64,000 nt of DNA from Yuukianura sp. NJ FZ-2021. Its lineage: Eukaryota. The translations under genes and the position numbers were made by a program. Positions 62,901-64,000 of this stretch are shown here, one piece after another; the stretch's first letter is position 1, and each line of letters begins with the position of its first letter. The notes below the pieces were generated by a model. It made no database searches, had not been told where the DNA came from, and saw nothing but the letters and a program-made list of their open reading frames with translations. Where the stretch lies: the NCBI GenBank assembly GCA_046563655.1, contig CM102284.1, positions 2,542,001-2,606,000 of the forward strand, given 5' to 3'.

Positions 62901-64000
62901 TTTAAAAAATTCCAAAGTATTCATTTTTAAAAACACCATCACACCTTCTAACTTTCTACAGAAGGATTTTTGGAAAAAGTCAGGATTAGGCTAACAAATT
63001 CACTACAGTGCATTTTGCTTTTTTATGGAAATTTAAAAAATTCCAAAGTATTCATTTTTAAAAACACCATCACACCTTCTAACTTTCTACAGAAGGATTT
63101 TTGGAAAAAGTCAGGATTAGGCTAACAAATTCACTACAGTGCATTTTGCTTTTTTATGGAAATTAAAAAAATTCCAAAGTATTGATTTTTAAAAACACCA
63201 TCACACCTTCTAACTTTCTACAGAAGGATTTTTGGAAAAAGTCAGGATTAGGCTAACAACTTCACTACAGTGCATTTTGCTTTTTTATGGAAATTTAAAA
63301 AATTCCAAAGTATTCATTTTTAAAAACACCATCACACCTTCTAACTTTCTACAGAAGGATTTTTGGAAAAAGTCAGGATTAGGCTAACAAATTCACTACA
63401 GTGCATTTTGCTTTTTTATGGAAATTTAAAAAATTCCAAAGTATTCATTTTTAAAAACACCATCACACCTTCTAACTTTCTACAGAAGGATTTTTGGAAA
63501 AAGTCAGGATTAGGCTAACAAATTCACTACAGTGCATTTTGCTTTTTTATGGAAATTAAAAAAATTCCAAAGTATTGATTTTTAAAAACACCATCACACC
63601 TTCTAACTTTCTACAGAAGGATTTTTGGAAAAAGTCAGGATTAGGCTAACAACTTCACTACAGTGCATTTTGCTTTTTTATGGAAATTTAAAAAATTCCA
63701 AAGTATTCATTTTTAAAAACACCATCACACCTTCTAACTTTCTACAGAAGGATTTTTGGAAAAAGTCAGGATTAGGCTAACAAATTCACTACAGTGCATT
63801 TTGCTTTTTTATGGAAATTAAAAAAATTCCAAAGTATTGATTTTTAAAAACACGATCACACCTTCTAACTTTCTACAGAAGGATTTTTGGAAAAAGTCAG
63901 GATTAGGCTAACAAATTCACTACAGTGCATTTTGCTTTTTTATGGAAATTTAAAAAATTCCAAAGTATTCATTTTTAAAAACACCATCACACCTTCTAAC
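59951..64000. repeat. 131-bp AT-rich satellite array, ~31 copies, continues past the window end
   Basis: ggaaaaagtcagg recurs at 59959, 60090, 60221 and onward with a constant 131-bp period; units differ at only a few sites. Confidence 0.97.

Noticed and set aside
1-64000. tRNA, rRNA, prokaryotic operons or viral genes
   Set aside because: None recognised by eye; a covariance-model scan was not possible.

Overview
AT-rich, gene-dense eukaryotic (animal) DNA with short GT-AG introns, mostly about 60-170 nt. The gene content and intron style suggest a small arthropod, plausibly a springtail, but this is inference only. In order, the window holds: the 3' end of a chemoreceptor-like gene; three TMEM272-like paralogues; a 4-exon fungal-type (MTD1-like) NAD-dependent methylene-THF dehydrogenase; a peptide-receptor-type GPCR with a signal peptide and an unusual ~750-aa internally duplicated LRR-like ectodomain; a second chemoreceptor-like gene; a divergent ionotropic receptor; an M13 neprilysin-like peptidase; a paraxis/scleraxis-like bHLH gene; BBIP1; a small secreted 8-Cys protein with KP6-like spacing; a Cys-rich, probably GPI-anchored protein; a HEPN-like/TPR/Sel1/MYND protein; a low-complexity secreted protein; an F-box gene interrupted by a pogo-like transposon; and the 3' part of a multi-MAM-domain gene. 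Mobile and repeat DNA comprises a DINE-1/Helentron-like element, a hAT-like MITE, a head-to-tail trimer of a 2430-bp TIR element at an AAA|TTT site (Spy-like) and a 131-bp satellite running off the right edge. All exon models were derived by eye from reading frame and splice consensus, and family calls rest on remembered motifs; no database search was run.
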